Below, piece by piece: positions 20,173 through 29,516 of a DNA stretch of 64,000 nucleotides. The stretch covers positions 696-64,695 of the forward strand of contig JANQOV010000021.1 of assembly GCA_028285645.1 (NCBI GenBank). Direction: 5' to 3'. A program made the position numbers and the translations under genes. Numbering within the stretch: position 1 is the stretch's first letter; each line of letters opens with the position of its first letter. The notes below the pieces were generated by a model that made no database searches, was not told the DNA's origin, and saw only the letters and a list, made by a program, of their open reading frames with translations. This DNA comes from Hyphococcus sp. GTDB taxonomy: Bacteria > Pseudomonadota > Alphaproteobacteria > Caulobacterales > Parvularculaceae.

Positions 20173-20183
20173 TTGTAGGACAA
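20173..20183. promoter_or_regulatory. Putative GntR operator TTGTAGGACAA overlapping -10 (TACAAT, minus strand) of cupin gene
   Basis: Minus strand reads TCGACT-17-TACAAT with the motif over the -10. Confidence 0.7.
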
Positions 20184-20251
20184 TTTGCGCCGCCAGTCGA
20201 GCGCTATTTTGCCGCGGCGTCTCCGTTTCCCGGCGCTTCAAAACGCCGGCT

Positions 20252-21265
20252 TCATACCTTGGCGTCGACGAGCATCTGATCAATTCGCCCAAAAATCGAT
20301 TGCTCCGCCCCATCGCGCATCTCGATTTCAACACGATCGCCGAAACGCATAAACGGCGTTGACGCCGCGCCATCCCTTATCACCTCGATGGTGCGAATTT
20401 CCGCGATGCAGGAATACCCGACCCCGCCGTCAGCCACCGGTTTTCCGGGCCCGTCATTCAACTTGTTCGAAACAGTTCCAGAGCCGATAATCGAGCCAGC
20501 GACAAGCGGCCGTGTCTTCGCGGCGTGGGCGATGAGCTGACCGAAATCGAAAGTCATATCAACACCCGCATTGGCCTTCCCGAAGGCCGCTCCATTAAGG
20601 CGCACCAAGAGCGGCAATTGAACTTTGCCGTCGCGCCACGCGGACCCAAGTTCGTCAGGTGTAACGGCGCAGGGGCTGAAAGCGCTCGATGGTTTAGATT
20701 GAAAAAACCCAAATCCCTTTGCGAGTTCTGCAGGAATTAGACCGCGCAGACTGACGTCGTTCACCAACATGACAAGGCGTACGCGCTCAAGTGCGGCCTC
20801 GCGCGACACGCCCATGGGCGTATCATCAACGATAACGGCGACTTCGCCCTCAAAGTCGACACCCCATTCATCGTCATTGAGTAAGGGAATAGGGTCCCGG
20901 GGTCCGATGAAGCTGTCCGAACCGCCCTGATACATTAGAGGGTCGGTCCAGAAACTCTCCGGCATTTCCACTTTACGCGCTTTTCGTACCAGCTCCACGT
21001 GATTGACATAGGCCGATCCATCTGCCCACTGAAAAGCGCGCGGCAACGGCGATGCGCAGTCTTCCTCCCTGAACGGTTCGCCTGACTCCGAGTCCTCGTC
21101 GAGTATCTGCGATAGTGCTTCCAGAGAAGCATAAACGCTCGCCCAATTGTCAAGGGCCGCCTGCAGCGTTGGAGCGACATCTCCTGCCGGCAAATAGCGC
21201 GTCAAATCCCGAGAGATGACAACCAGCCGCCCATCTCTACCAGCCTTTAAACTTGCAAGTTTCAT
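20252..21265 (-). CDS. Fumarylacetoacetate hydrolase family protein
   Basis: MKLASLK.GRDG, WADGSAY, DFEGE, NDVSLR, GSGTVSN. Confidence 0.88.
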   Translation of the reverse strand: MKLASLKAGRDGRLVVISRDLTRYLPAGDVAPTLQAALDNWASVYASLEALSQILDEDSESGEPFREEDCASPLPRAFQWADGSAYVNHVELVRKARKVEMPESFWTDPLMYQGGSDSFIGPRDPIPLLNDDEWGVDFEGEVAVIVDDTPMGVSREAALERVRLVMLVNDVSLRGLIPAELAKGFGFFQSKPSSAFSPCAVTPDELGSAWRDGKVQLPLLVRLNGAAFGKANAGVDMTFDFGQLIAHAAKTRPLVAGSIIGSGTVSNKLNDGPGKPVADGGVGYSCIAEIRTIEVIRDGAASTPFMRFGDRVEIEMRDGAEQSIFGRIDQMLVDAKV

Positions 21266-21293
21266 TTGCGCCCGCGCCTTCCAGAGTTAAATC

Positions 21294-21827
21294 TTAAGCG
21301 TTTTCATGGAGCCACGCGGCATGCCGCGGCGCTTTTTTTGTACGCGACCATTCCTCAAGCATGTCGGGAGCAACCCTATTCAACTCTTGCATTTGTTCGT
21401 CAGTGCAAGTGTTGACCGCTAACTCTAATCGATGCCCGTTCGGATCAAAGAAGTAGATCGATTTGAAAATTCCGTGATTGGTAGGCCCAACGACTTCAAG
21501 TCCCTCATCCTCGGCGATCTCTTTTGCTTCTGTAAGTTCGTTCATGTCATCGAGTTCGAAAGCTATATGCTGCACCCAATCCGGTGTATTGTGGTCCTTG
21601 TCCATGGGCGCGGCGTTCGGTAATTCGAAAAAGGCAAGAATGTTTCCCATGCCAGCATCGAGAAAGATGTGCATATAGGGGTCGGGCTCCTTCGTCGACG
21701 GCACTTCGTTTTCCGCGATCGCCAATACAAACTGCATACCCAGAACACGCTGATAGAACTCGACCGTTTCTTTTGCGTCGTTGCAGCGATATGCCACGTG
21801 GTGGATGCGTTTCAGTTGAACTGGCAT
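21294..21827 (-). CDS. VOC/glyoxalase-fold protein, candidate homogentisate dioxygenase
   Basis: IHHVAY, QHIAF, YFFDPNGHRLE; between hppD and FAH. Confidence 0.75.
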   Translation of the reverse strand: MPVQLKRIHHVAYRCNDAKETVEFYQRVLGMQFVLAIAENEVPSTKEPDPYMHIFLDAGMGNILAFFELPNAAPMDKDHNTPDWVQHIAFELDDMNELTEAKEIAEDEGLEVVGPTNHGIFKSIYFFDPNGHRLELAVNTCTDEQMQELNRVAPDMLEEWSRTKKAPRHAAWLHENA

Positions 21828-21841
21828 ACAGCCTCCCTTGT

Positions 21842-22924
21842 CTACTTTTCTGCGTCAATGACCCCGCGCCTAAGCTGATCACGTTCCATCGATTCAAAAA
21901 GCGCCTTGAAGTTTCCTTCTCCAAAACCGTCATCTTTCTTCCGCTGAATGAATTCGAAGAAGACCGGCCCGATCATCGTTTCAGAGAAGATCTGTAGCAA
22001 GAGGCGTGGATCATCGTCATCAGTCGAGCCATCGAGAAGTATGCCTCGCGTTTTGAGCTCATCGACCGGCTCGCCATGGCCCGGCAACCGCTCATCCAAC
22101 ATCTCATAGTAGACGTCCGGCGGGGCAGTCATGAACGGCGTCCCGATCGCTCTAAGTCGATCGTAACACCCGATGAGGTCGTCGCAGGCAAATGCGATAT
22201 GTTGAATGCCTTCGCCATTATATTCCTGCAGGAACTCTTCGATCTGGCCTTTTTTACCGCCACCGCCTTCTTCGTTAAGTGGGATACGGATCTTCCCATC
22301 AGGCGCCGTCATGGCGCGCGACAGAAGCCCCGTATACTCACCTTTGATGTCAAAGTATCGAATTTCTTTGAAATTAAAGAGGCGCTCGTAGTATTCCGCC
22401 CAATAGTCCATGCGTCCGCGATAGACGTTGTGCGTAAGATGGTCGATTACCGTAAAGCCACATCCCTCCGGATACGGATTTACGTCATCAAAATACTCAA
22501 AATCAATGTCATAAATCGACCTGCCGTCTTCATAGCGGTCGATGAGATAGAGAAGTGCGCCGCCGATTCCTTTAATAGCTGGCAGTTTTAGTTCCATTGG
22601 TCCAACGGGCACATCGATCGGCTGTGCGCCTTTTTCTAAGGCCAACGCGTACGCTTTCTTCGCGTTGCGAACACGAAACGCCATGCCGCAGACTGAAGGC
22701 CCATGCTCCCTTGCATAAAAATGCGCACTGGAGCCTGGCTCGTAGTTGACGACTAAATTGATGCCTCCTTGCCTCCACAAATCGACATCCTTCGAACGGT
22801 GGCGTGCGACCTCGGTAAATCCGATAGACTTGAAAACGTCTTCAAGAACGCCTCGCTCGGGAGCGCAGAACTCAATGAATTCGAAACCATCTAGTCCCAT
22901 AGGGTTTTCGAATAAGTCAGCCAT
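21842..22924 (-). CDS. hppD: 4-hydroxyphenylpyruvate dioxygenase
   Basis: [43 protein letters not shown]. Confidence 0.96.
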   Translation of the reverse strand: MADLFENPMGLDGFEFIEFCAPERGVLEDVFKSIGFTEVARHRSKDVDLWRQGGINLVVNYEPGSSAHFYAREHGPSVCGMAFRVRNAKKAYALALEKGAQPIDVPVGPMELKLPAIKGIGGALLYLIDRYEDGRSIYDIDFEYFDDVNPYPEGCGFTVIDHLTHNVYRGRMDYWAEYYERLFNFKEIRYFDIKGEYTGLLSRAMTAPDGKIRIPLNEEGGGGKKGQIEEFLQEYNGEGIQHIAFACDDLIGCYDRLRAIGTPFMTAPPDVYYEMLDERLPGHGEPVDELKTRGILLDGSTDDDDPRLLLQIFSETMIGPVFFEFIQRKKDDGFGEGNFKALFESMERDQLRRGVIDAEK

Positions 22925-23003
22925 TTGCGCCTCCATCGCGAGCAAAATCGGTCAATGCTTCCGCCGATTTCTGGTTTGCCAATCGACACAACGATTGATA
23001 AGT

Positions 23004-23037
23004 TAGTATCGCTCATAACTAGTTTCAACAGCTACTA
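23004..23037. promoter_or_regulatory. Tandem TAGT-N10-ACTA palindromes, putative MarR operator
   Basis: Copies at 23004-23021 and 23020-23037, partial third at 23036-23053, between divergent hppD and marR. Confidence 0.55.
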
Positions 23038-23067
23038 GTTGTCATCACAACCTTATGGTTAGAGATC

Positions 23068-23520
23068 ATGGCTGTCAACAAAAAAAGCAAAAAAATCATC
23101 CTTGAGGCGTTTTTACCTTACCAGATCACCGTGCTCGCTGACCTCGTTGCACGCCGCACCGCAGCCGCATCGAAAACGCACGGAGGGCTGAATCTGTCGC
23201 AATGGCGCGTGCTCGCAGCTGTCGCCACGGATCCAGGTCGAACCGCAAATGACGTTGTCGCTGTGACGCCAATGGACAAAGGGATCGTCTCGCGAGCCGT
23301 CAAGGGTCTGCTTGATATGCGGTTTCTGGTTCGAAATGCGTCTCAACAGGATGGCCGCATCGGACATTTGTACATGACACGAAAAGGCGAGCAGGTATAC
23401 GAAGCCATTGCGTCGGAAGTGCAGAAGGTTGAAGAAGAACTGTTGTCGGCGTTGGCTAAGTCCGATCAAAAAAAAGCTGGCGCCATATTTGCGAAAATGA
23501 TCTCTACATTGATGGAATGA
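23068..23520 (+). CDS. MarR-family regulator
   Basis: FLPY, QWRVL, MDKGIVSRAV, DGR...L.MT.KG. Confidence 0.9.
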   Translation: MAVNKKSKKIILEAFLPYQITVLADLVARRTAAASKTHGGLNLSQWRVLAAVATDPGRTANDVVAVTPMDKGIVSRAVKGLLDMRFLVRNASQQDGRIGHLYMTRKGEQVYEAIASEVQKVEEELLSALAKSDQKKAGAIFAKMISTLME

Positions 23521-23613
23521 CATGTCTCAACTAATTCCAGGTCCCTAAATCGCTAACGTGGCTCAAGTTGATTTATAGATTTAGACTCTCCGAGCTCTAC
23601 AAAAATAACAAGT

Positions 23614-23659
23614 GCGCGCCCTTTTCCTGTGCGATGGGCGCATGGAGGAAAGGGCGCGC
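23614..23659. terminator. GC-rich hairpin between convergent marR and autotransporter
   Basis: GCGCGCCCTTT...AAAGGGCGCGC inverted repeat; no clear U-tract. Confidence 0.5.
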
Positions 23660-23720
23660 TACCCACTTCGCGACTGTATTGCTCAGTACATGAGTCGCGA
23701 AGCAGAACTACAAAATAACA

Positions 23721-26700
23721 TCAAAAACTCAGATTGAACGACGCCTCAAGTCTGTGGGACATGAAATCGCCGGCGAATTGGCCATCATATCCAACAGCGA
23801 GTATGTACCCGTCTCCAATTGCGCCTAAGCTAGCGCCGACGAGTATCGCATCTTCATATCCTATGGGGTCAAAAACAGAAAAGCTTTCTCCGCCCGAAAT
23901 AAAGCTGACTTCGGCTTCATATGCTTGTTCACTAATTTCGGTACGATACCCAGCATAGACATTCTGAAAATAGACAGTTTCAGTTGTCGACAATCGATCT
24001 CGATTGAGATCCCGCAGTTGGCTGCGAGGTGAGCCCTGCGACTTTCGACCGAATTTGAGCATAGCTGCTCCGGAAGTTCTCGTTGTTGTCGCGTCACCAA
24101 CCGAAAGTGCGAGGAGGTCAGCGCCGCCGGCGCTGTCGACATATGAGTTTTGAGACATTGAGAAATGGTCTATAGACAATAGGGGCGTCAGATGAAACTG
24201 TCCAAAAAATGCGTCGTACCCAACACGCGCTCCGGCCGAATAATAAAAGCCACCCCAATCGCCTCGGTAAATCTCGATTGTGTCAGCTAGGCTTGTTGTG
24301 CGATCCGAATAGAACCTTGCCTTGCCAACAATTCCGCTCACATCAAATTGAAGCTGTCCAAGCGTCAGAGACGAATAAACACTTAAGTCGAAACTCGTTG
24401 TCTCGATTTCAGTATCTATGTCCTCTTCCGGCTCAAACTTTCCGATGCGCATGGCACCCGCACCTCCCAACACAAAGTTCTCGCTCAGCTTCCCGTCATA
24501 TCCAGATTGAAATATTACTCCCAATCCTGAATAGCCGGTGGCTTCAACGCCTGAACTCTCCCGAAGAAACGCGGCGGCGCCTGATAGCCAGAAACCGTCT
24601 CGACCAGCACTGATCTGGTCGAGACGCTGTGCTATTGAGCCCGTAGTAACGCTTGCCTGATCAGAAAGAAATCGCGTCATTGCATCGGTATAGTCAGGCA
24701 AAACATCGCGATATTCACTCTTGAGTTCTTCAACTTCTTCGAATGCCTTAAGCGCATCTCCCACAACTTCGTTTTCAGCGGCAATCGTCAGAAATGAAGA
24801 ATAGGCCGCAGACTCGTTAGAGTTCAGGCCAAGCTCTTCAGCTGATTTCGGCGCGAGCCTCACGCGTAGACTGTTGGCGTCGACAGTTACGGTCTCTGAA
24901 AATATCGCTGGTGCGCCCACGAACTCATCATCGATCTCCCCATTTTCTATGTTCAAAGTACCGGCTTCAATGAGCGTGAACTCGACGGGCGTTAGAGAAA
25001 ACGATTCGACCGTCGCATTTATGTCGGTATCAGCTGAAATAGTCGCTGGACCGATAACTGTGATCTGCGGCGTGGTTGAACCTAGGCGCTCCGCATCAGC
25101 AGCTATTGTAAGTGTCGATTCATTTTCGATTATAAGGCTTCCAAGAGTTAGTGGCTCGGTGTTGATTAGTTCAAATGCGGAATTTGATATCACGATATCA
25201 AGCGCCATGTCTGGATCTGTCACAGTTCCCACAAATCCAGATCCATTCAACAGGGTAAAACTGTCATTGCCAGCGCCGAGGTTTAGTTCGCCTTCAAAAA
25301 CCCCGCCCGATATGGTAAAACTGTCGTCGCCGCCGGCGCCAAAAACGCCGCCTACGAAGTCGGCATTTTCGAATTGGACTACATCGTCGCCGTCACCAAG
25401 AAACAGGTCTCCATCAACGACACCAGCTTGTATGTCGATCAGATCATCGCCGGCGCCTAGTTTAATATCGCCAAATATACGTGGCGAATTTACATCGTCG
25501 AGATCGACTTCACCATCTCCATTTATATCATCAGTAGGCTGTAATTGCGTTTGTCGGATCAGTGCGCTTTGTGCGGATGAATGACTCGAAAGATCAATCG
25601 CTGTGCCCGAAGCAACGCCAAGGTCTTGCTCGCCATCCAGAGAAAATGAGCCGGAAATAGTGCCTTGATTTTCAATTGTCACCAGGGAACCGGACAAATC
25701 TCGAATAGCATACGATTTGCTCTGGTTACCGACCGCGGAGGCAGAAATCGTGCCGGTGTTGAATACTTCATCAAGCTCAGCGCCACTTTCGATTAAAAAA
25801 GCAACCGCTGCATTTTCGACCTCCGATGAGACACTTGCTGTAATCAATCCGGCATTATCCAACCTGCCAATCACCGCACCCCTCCCTAATGACAGAGATA
25901 CTGAATCGGCTTCAAACGCGCTAGCAGTGATAGATCCCGTATTTTCTATTCCGCCGTTGATGAATGTATCGAACATGCCATCGGCGCTACCTTCAATACG
26001 CACAGCTGTTGCTTCGTATCCGACATTCAAGCCATTCGCCAGAATCGTCCCTCTATTGATCAGCCCGAAACTGTATGAAAACGTTGCTATCTCTTCATCA
26101 AAATCCTCGTCTTCGTCATCATCAAGCGTATCCCGAATGGTTTCCACAACGCTGCCAAACACGATATCTTCAGCGCGAGTCGGATCCAGGTCGGGCGAGA
26201 TAATCAGGGCGGGCCCAGAGCCGTAGCTTGTGATACTTCCTGTGCTTCGGTTTACGTCGAAGTCTTCGATTGTGTCCTTGGTTTCATCCGCCGCTTCGTC
26301 GTCGTCGATGAAACCATCGATGATTCCGTTATTCAAAAACCCATTAGAAACGCTGCCGCCGATCGCGACCACGGGACCATTGTTTTGTAGATCATCCGCG
26401 TCAATGCGTTCCGCTATCGGCGTATCATCCTCATCAAGGTCGTCAGGATCTGCATAGTTTGTTATGGTTGTACTAGCAAAGCCGGTTGCGCTGATCAAAC
26501 CCTCGTTGGTGAAGGAGCCGCCAACATCTCCATTCACCGCGACACCGCTAGCATTTTCACCTAAAGGGATTACTGAGCCCGACTGGAGTATATCCCCGCT
26601 AACGCCGCTGCGAAAATCGATACCGATGGCATTGTCGCCTGTCACGGCGACGCTGCCATCGTTGATGAAAGAACCGTCCATGTGGCTCAATAACGAAACG

Positions 26701-27212
26701 CCAGACGAGTTATCTCCATCAACAGTTAGGGTGCTGCCCGGGGCGAGGACAATGTCGCCAGTAAATGCGCCTCCGGCTTCCAAAAGAACGCCCGTGCGCG
26801 ACGATCCAATTGCATATGGTCCGTCGAGATCTCCGTCGTCATCTGTGTCCTCGCGATCGTAGCCGTCTGACAGTAGTATGTCTCCACCCGATGTAAGCGA
26901 TCCAGTCCGACCGCTTTCGATGAGCACGCCGACACCACCGTCTATGGAATCCAGGCTAAGGAGTCCGTCATTTATGACAGCGTTATCACTGTCGATCGTT
27001 ACCGCTGCTATGTCAGCGCCTGCATTGATAATGATGGCGCCATCCTCAGTGATCGTAATATCAGCTGGTGCGCCGCTATTTGCGGTTGATGTCTCGACCG
27101 TCGTGGATTGCTCATGATCGATCGTCTGGGCAAACGTAGAACTCGGCGCAATCGACACGGCGATGCCGCAACTTGCGGCGAAGAATTTTTGTTCTGTTGT
27201 CGAATTTCCCAT
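23721..27212 (-). CDS. Acidic autotransporter-domain outer-membrane protein
   Basis: Signal peptide; N.G.I beta-helix repeats; LGAGDD repeats; DxDxDG loops; C-terminal barrel ending in F. Confidence 0.8.
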   Translation of the reverse strand: MGNSTTEQKFFAASCGIAVSIAPSSTFAQTIDHEQSTTVETSTANSGAPADITITEDGAIIINAGADIAAVTIDSDNAVINDGLLSLDSIDGGVGVLIESGRTGSLTSGGDILLSDGYDREDTDDDGDLDGPYAIGSSRTGVLLEAGGAFTGDIVLAPGSTLTVDGDNSSGVSLLSHMDGSFINDGSVAVTGDNAIGIDFRSGVSGDILQSGSVIPLGENASGVAVNGDVGGSFTNEGLISATGFASTTITNYADPDDLDEDDTPIAERIDADDLQNNGPVVAIGGSVSNGFLNNGIIDGFIDDDEAADETKDTIEDFDVNRSTGSITSYGSGPALIISPDLDPTRAEDIVFGSVVETIRDTLDDDEDEDFDEEIATFSYSFGLINRGTILANGLNVGYEATAVRIEGSADGMFDTFINGGIENTGSITASAFEADSVSLSLGRGAVIGRLDNAGLITASVSSEVENAAVAFLIESGAELDEVFNTGTISASAVGNQSKSYAIRDLSGSLVTIENQGTISGSFSLDGEQDLGVASGTAIDLSSHSSAQSALIRQTQLQPTDDINGDGEVDLDDVNSPRIFGDIKLGAGDDLIDIQAGVVDGDLFLGDGDDVVQFENADFVGGVFGAGGDDSFTISGGVFEGELNLGAGNDSFTLLNGSGFVGTVTDPDMALDIVISNSAFELINTEPLTLGSLIIENESTLTIAADAERLGSTTPQITVIGPATISADTDINATVESFSLTPVEFTLIEAGTLNIENGEIDDEFVGAPAIFSETVTVDANSLRVRLAPKSAEELGLNSNESAAYSSFLTIAAENEVVGDALKAFEEVEELKSEYRDVLPDYTDAMTRFLSDQASVTTGSIAQRLDQISAGRDGFWLSGAAAFLRESSGVEATGYSGLGVIFQSGYDGKLSENFVLGGAGAMRIGKFEPEEDIDTEIETTSFDLSVYSSLTLGQLQFDVSGIVGKARFYSDRTTSLADTIEIYRGDWGGFYYSAGARVGYDAFFGQFHLTPLLSIDHFSMSQNSYVDSAGGADLLALSVGDATTTRTSGAAMLKFGRKSQGSPRSQLRDLNRDRLSTTETVYFQNVYAGYRTEISEQAYEAEVSFISGGESFSVFDPIGYEDAILVGASLGAIGDGYILAVGYDGQFAGDFMSHRLEASFNLSF

Positions 27213-27976
27213 GCTGAAATTGCGCCCATACTTATAGTATTGGGCGTGGCGGTAGGCCGGCGCCCATTAGTTTCGACTACGAGCTGTTACTCATCCTCGA
27301 ATGTTTAGAACCAAATCTGGCGGGTGCGCATCGGCGGGCATTCGGCTTGCAAAATCAAACCTCTGGCTTGTTCTGTATACAAAGCACACCTCTGGTCGCC
27401 ACGCATCGTTCGCCTGCAATTACTTTAAATACAAATCACCCAAAACCAGCGCTTTTCAAGAACTCTCGTCTACCTCTCCTTGTCCCGGTCGCATCCAAAT
27501 AACGGCGAACAGCGCGAAATATTCCCCATAATTCGAATTTAATTTGTGTATCGCTAGAAACTCAGTCGATCCAAGAATCTGCATGTTCACTGAGCTGGGC
27601 GTCAACAAATCATAAAAAGCGCTGCACTACATGCAAAAAGGAGCGCCTAAGGGACCGGATCAAGTTGAAATTTCTAGTCGGTGCTTTTTCGCATCTAGTC
27701 GGGCGGAGTGGATCCATAAAACCGCTGCGTCAGCAAGCTGCTAGAAAGCCCCAAGAGAGTGTATGAAAACGACTTCTTCACAGGCGTTCCTTCAAATGGT
27801 CTCTTTTGTGATGCCTTCGCGTCCATGGCTGACATGATTATTGCAACCATTGATTCGCCAGAAAAAATACCCGCAAACCATTGGAGCGGCGCTTTATAGT
27901 CTGTGTGCGGGGTTTGTTATCCAAAAGCCGCGATGTTTTCACTTATCAACAAGGTGCGCTTTTTGCCCAACAAATC

Positions 27977-28314
27977 CGCAAAAGGGTTGACAATGGGCCG
28001 GAATTTGCCGGCAAGTTGCTCGATCAGTGGGCGTATCACAATGGCGTTGAACTGGACTTCTCAAGGCCAGGCAAACCCACTGATAACGCCTACATCGAGT
28101 CGTTTAACGCCCGGCTCAGGGCCGAATGCCCTAACGCTTCCTGGTTCTTATCGCTGGATGACGCCCGGCAAAGGTTGATCGAATGGAAGAAGGAATACAA
28201 CACCGAAAGGCCACACTCAGCGCTCGGCAACTTGACGCCGAATGCATTCAGAGATCAAACTCAACAAGCCCGAAAAGTTGCATGACAACTGGACGCAAAT
28301 CGGGGGGACGACCA
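27977..28314 (+). mobile_element. IS3-family remnant: transposase integrase-core C-terminus plus right end
   Basis: DNGPEF, SRPGKPTDNAYIESFN, YNTERPHSALG; followed by IR-like end finishing in CA at 28314; N-terminal part absent. Confidence 0.85.
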
Positions 28315-29516
28315 CGTCGGTCTTGATTGCTATGTTGGCACAGAGAGTTTCACTATCGGCCCCTGGAATGAGTTGACGTGTAGCAGGCGTGAGACGTCTG
28401 GCCCAACGGCATGGCGGCGCGGCTATGCTCTTTGAACCGCACCGCTCTCCAAAAAGGAGTACAAACGCAATCGTAAGGTCTAGAACCGGGCTTCCAACTC
28501 CACGCCAAGAATCCTTGGCGCATCTAGAGGCGTATAGAACAATCCGTCCGAGCCAATGGCTAGGTTTTCAATGCCCAGTCCTCTGGCTCGGCGCACATTT
28601 GTCAGATTTTCTCCGAAGAGGCGCGCAGCGAAATTCTCTCCCTCGTATCCAATCTGCACGCCTAAAGTTTCAACGGCTTCTTGTACAGCATCGCCTCTCG
28701 CCCGGAGCGGCGTTTCTGCATAATGAATGCAGAGGCAACAGGATACGAAGGCGCAAGCGCAGTGTGTTCGTGTTTCGCCGCAGAACTGGCCGGCAATACA
28801 GAGCTAACCGAAGAGTATTTAGGAATGGACCATCCGGTTGACGCAGAAACATTTGAGGCTGAAGCGTCAACTGAATTGAAAACGGCTTCTGCAGCGTGCA
28901 CTTGACTTGTCGGCGGCGATTACAATCGATTTGTTGTAGGATTTAAGAAGGGCGATGGCCTGCGACTACTGCCGCCTAACAAGCCAATTCAGACAACATC
29001 ATTTGGGCGATTTCAACACGTTGGTTTTCTCATCGTTAAGACCTATCGTCGGAGGTCAGCGTAATCCTCAAACCGGTCATTAGGCCCCAGATTTTTTATT
29101 TCTTCTCTGCATAGAAAGCGGACATACCTTCTGCATGTAATGATTAGGAGAACAACAAAGTTGGTCGCGCACGCTAGCGGTCATGAGTCGGAAATTTTGG
29201 GGTCCACAGCCGTCATTAACCCTATGTTTTTACTCCATTCGCGTCCATGCGCGTCCACACAAATCCAGCGACAAATTCGGGGTTTGTTGCCGAAATTGTT
29301 ACCCAAATCTGGGTTTGGTCACTTTAGAGTACACCCACTTATAAAGGCTCGACTAAGTTTACCCAACTACACGGAATGCGATCACCCCGATGTTGCTCGG
29401 TGGCTGATTTCCAGCATGATTTTGAATATCTCAAGAGAGCTTAGAGATCCTCACTCAATCCACCACGCAAGGCTCCTTGTCTTCGTCCTCAACATGAGGA
29501 TAGTATCGGACGACAG

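Noticed and set aside
20252-22924. hppD supplying homogentisate for prenylquinone synthesis for the nearby photosystem
   Set aside because: No homogentisate prenyltransferase seen; the operon context (FAH, VOC, MarR) is catabolic.
24874-26862. Long Ser/Pro-rich plus-strand ORFs
   Set aside because: Antisense shadows of the Asp/Gly-rich autotransporter codons.
27648-27689. Resemblance to the 3' end of SpCas9 tracrRNA (ATCAAGTTGAAA...AGTCGGTGCTTTTT)
   Set aside because: The GCACCG arm of the terminal hairpin and the anti-repeat are missing, and there is no cas gene or array in the window. Treated as chance similarity.
29100-29516. Possible oriC, since alphaproteobacterial origins often abut hemE
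   Set aside because: Only degenerate TCCACA cores (2-3 mismatches to DnaA boxes), no full CtrA site, and the usual origin-flanking genes are absent.
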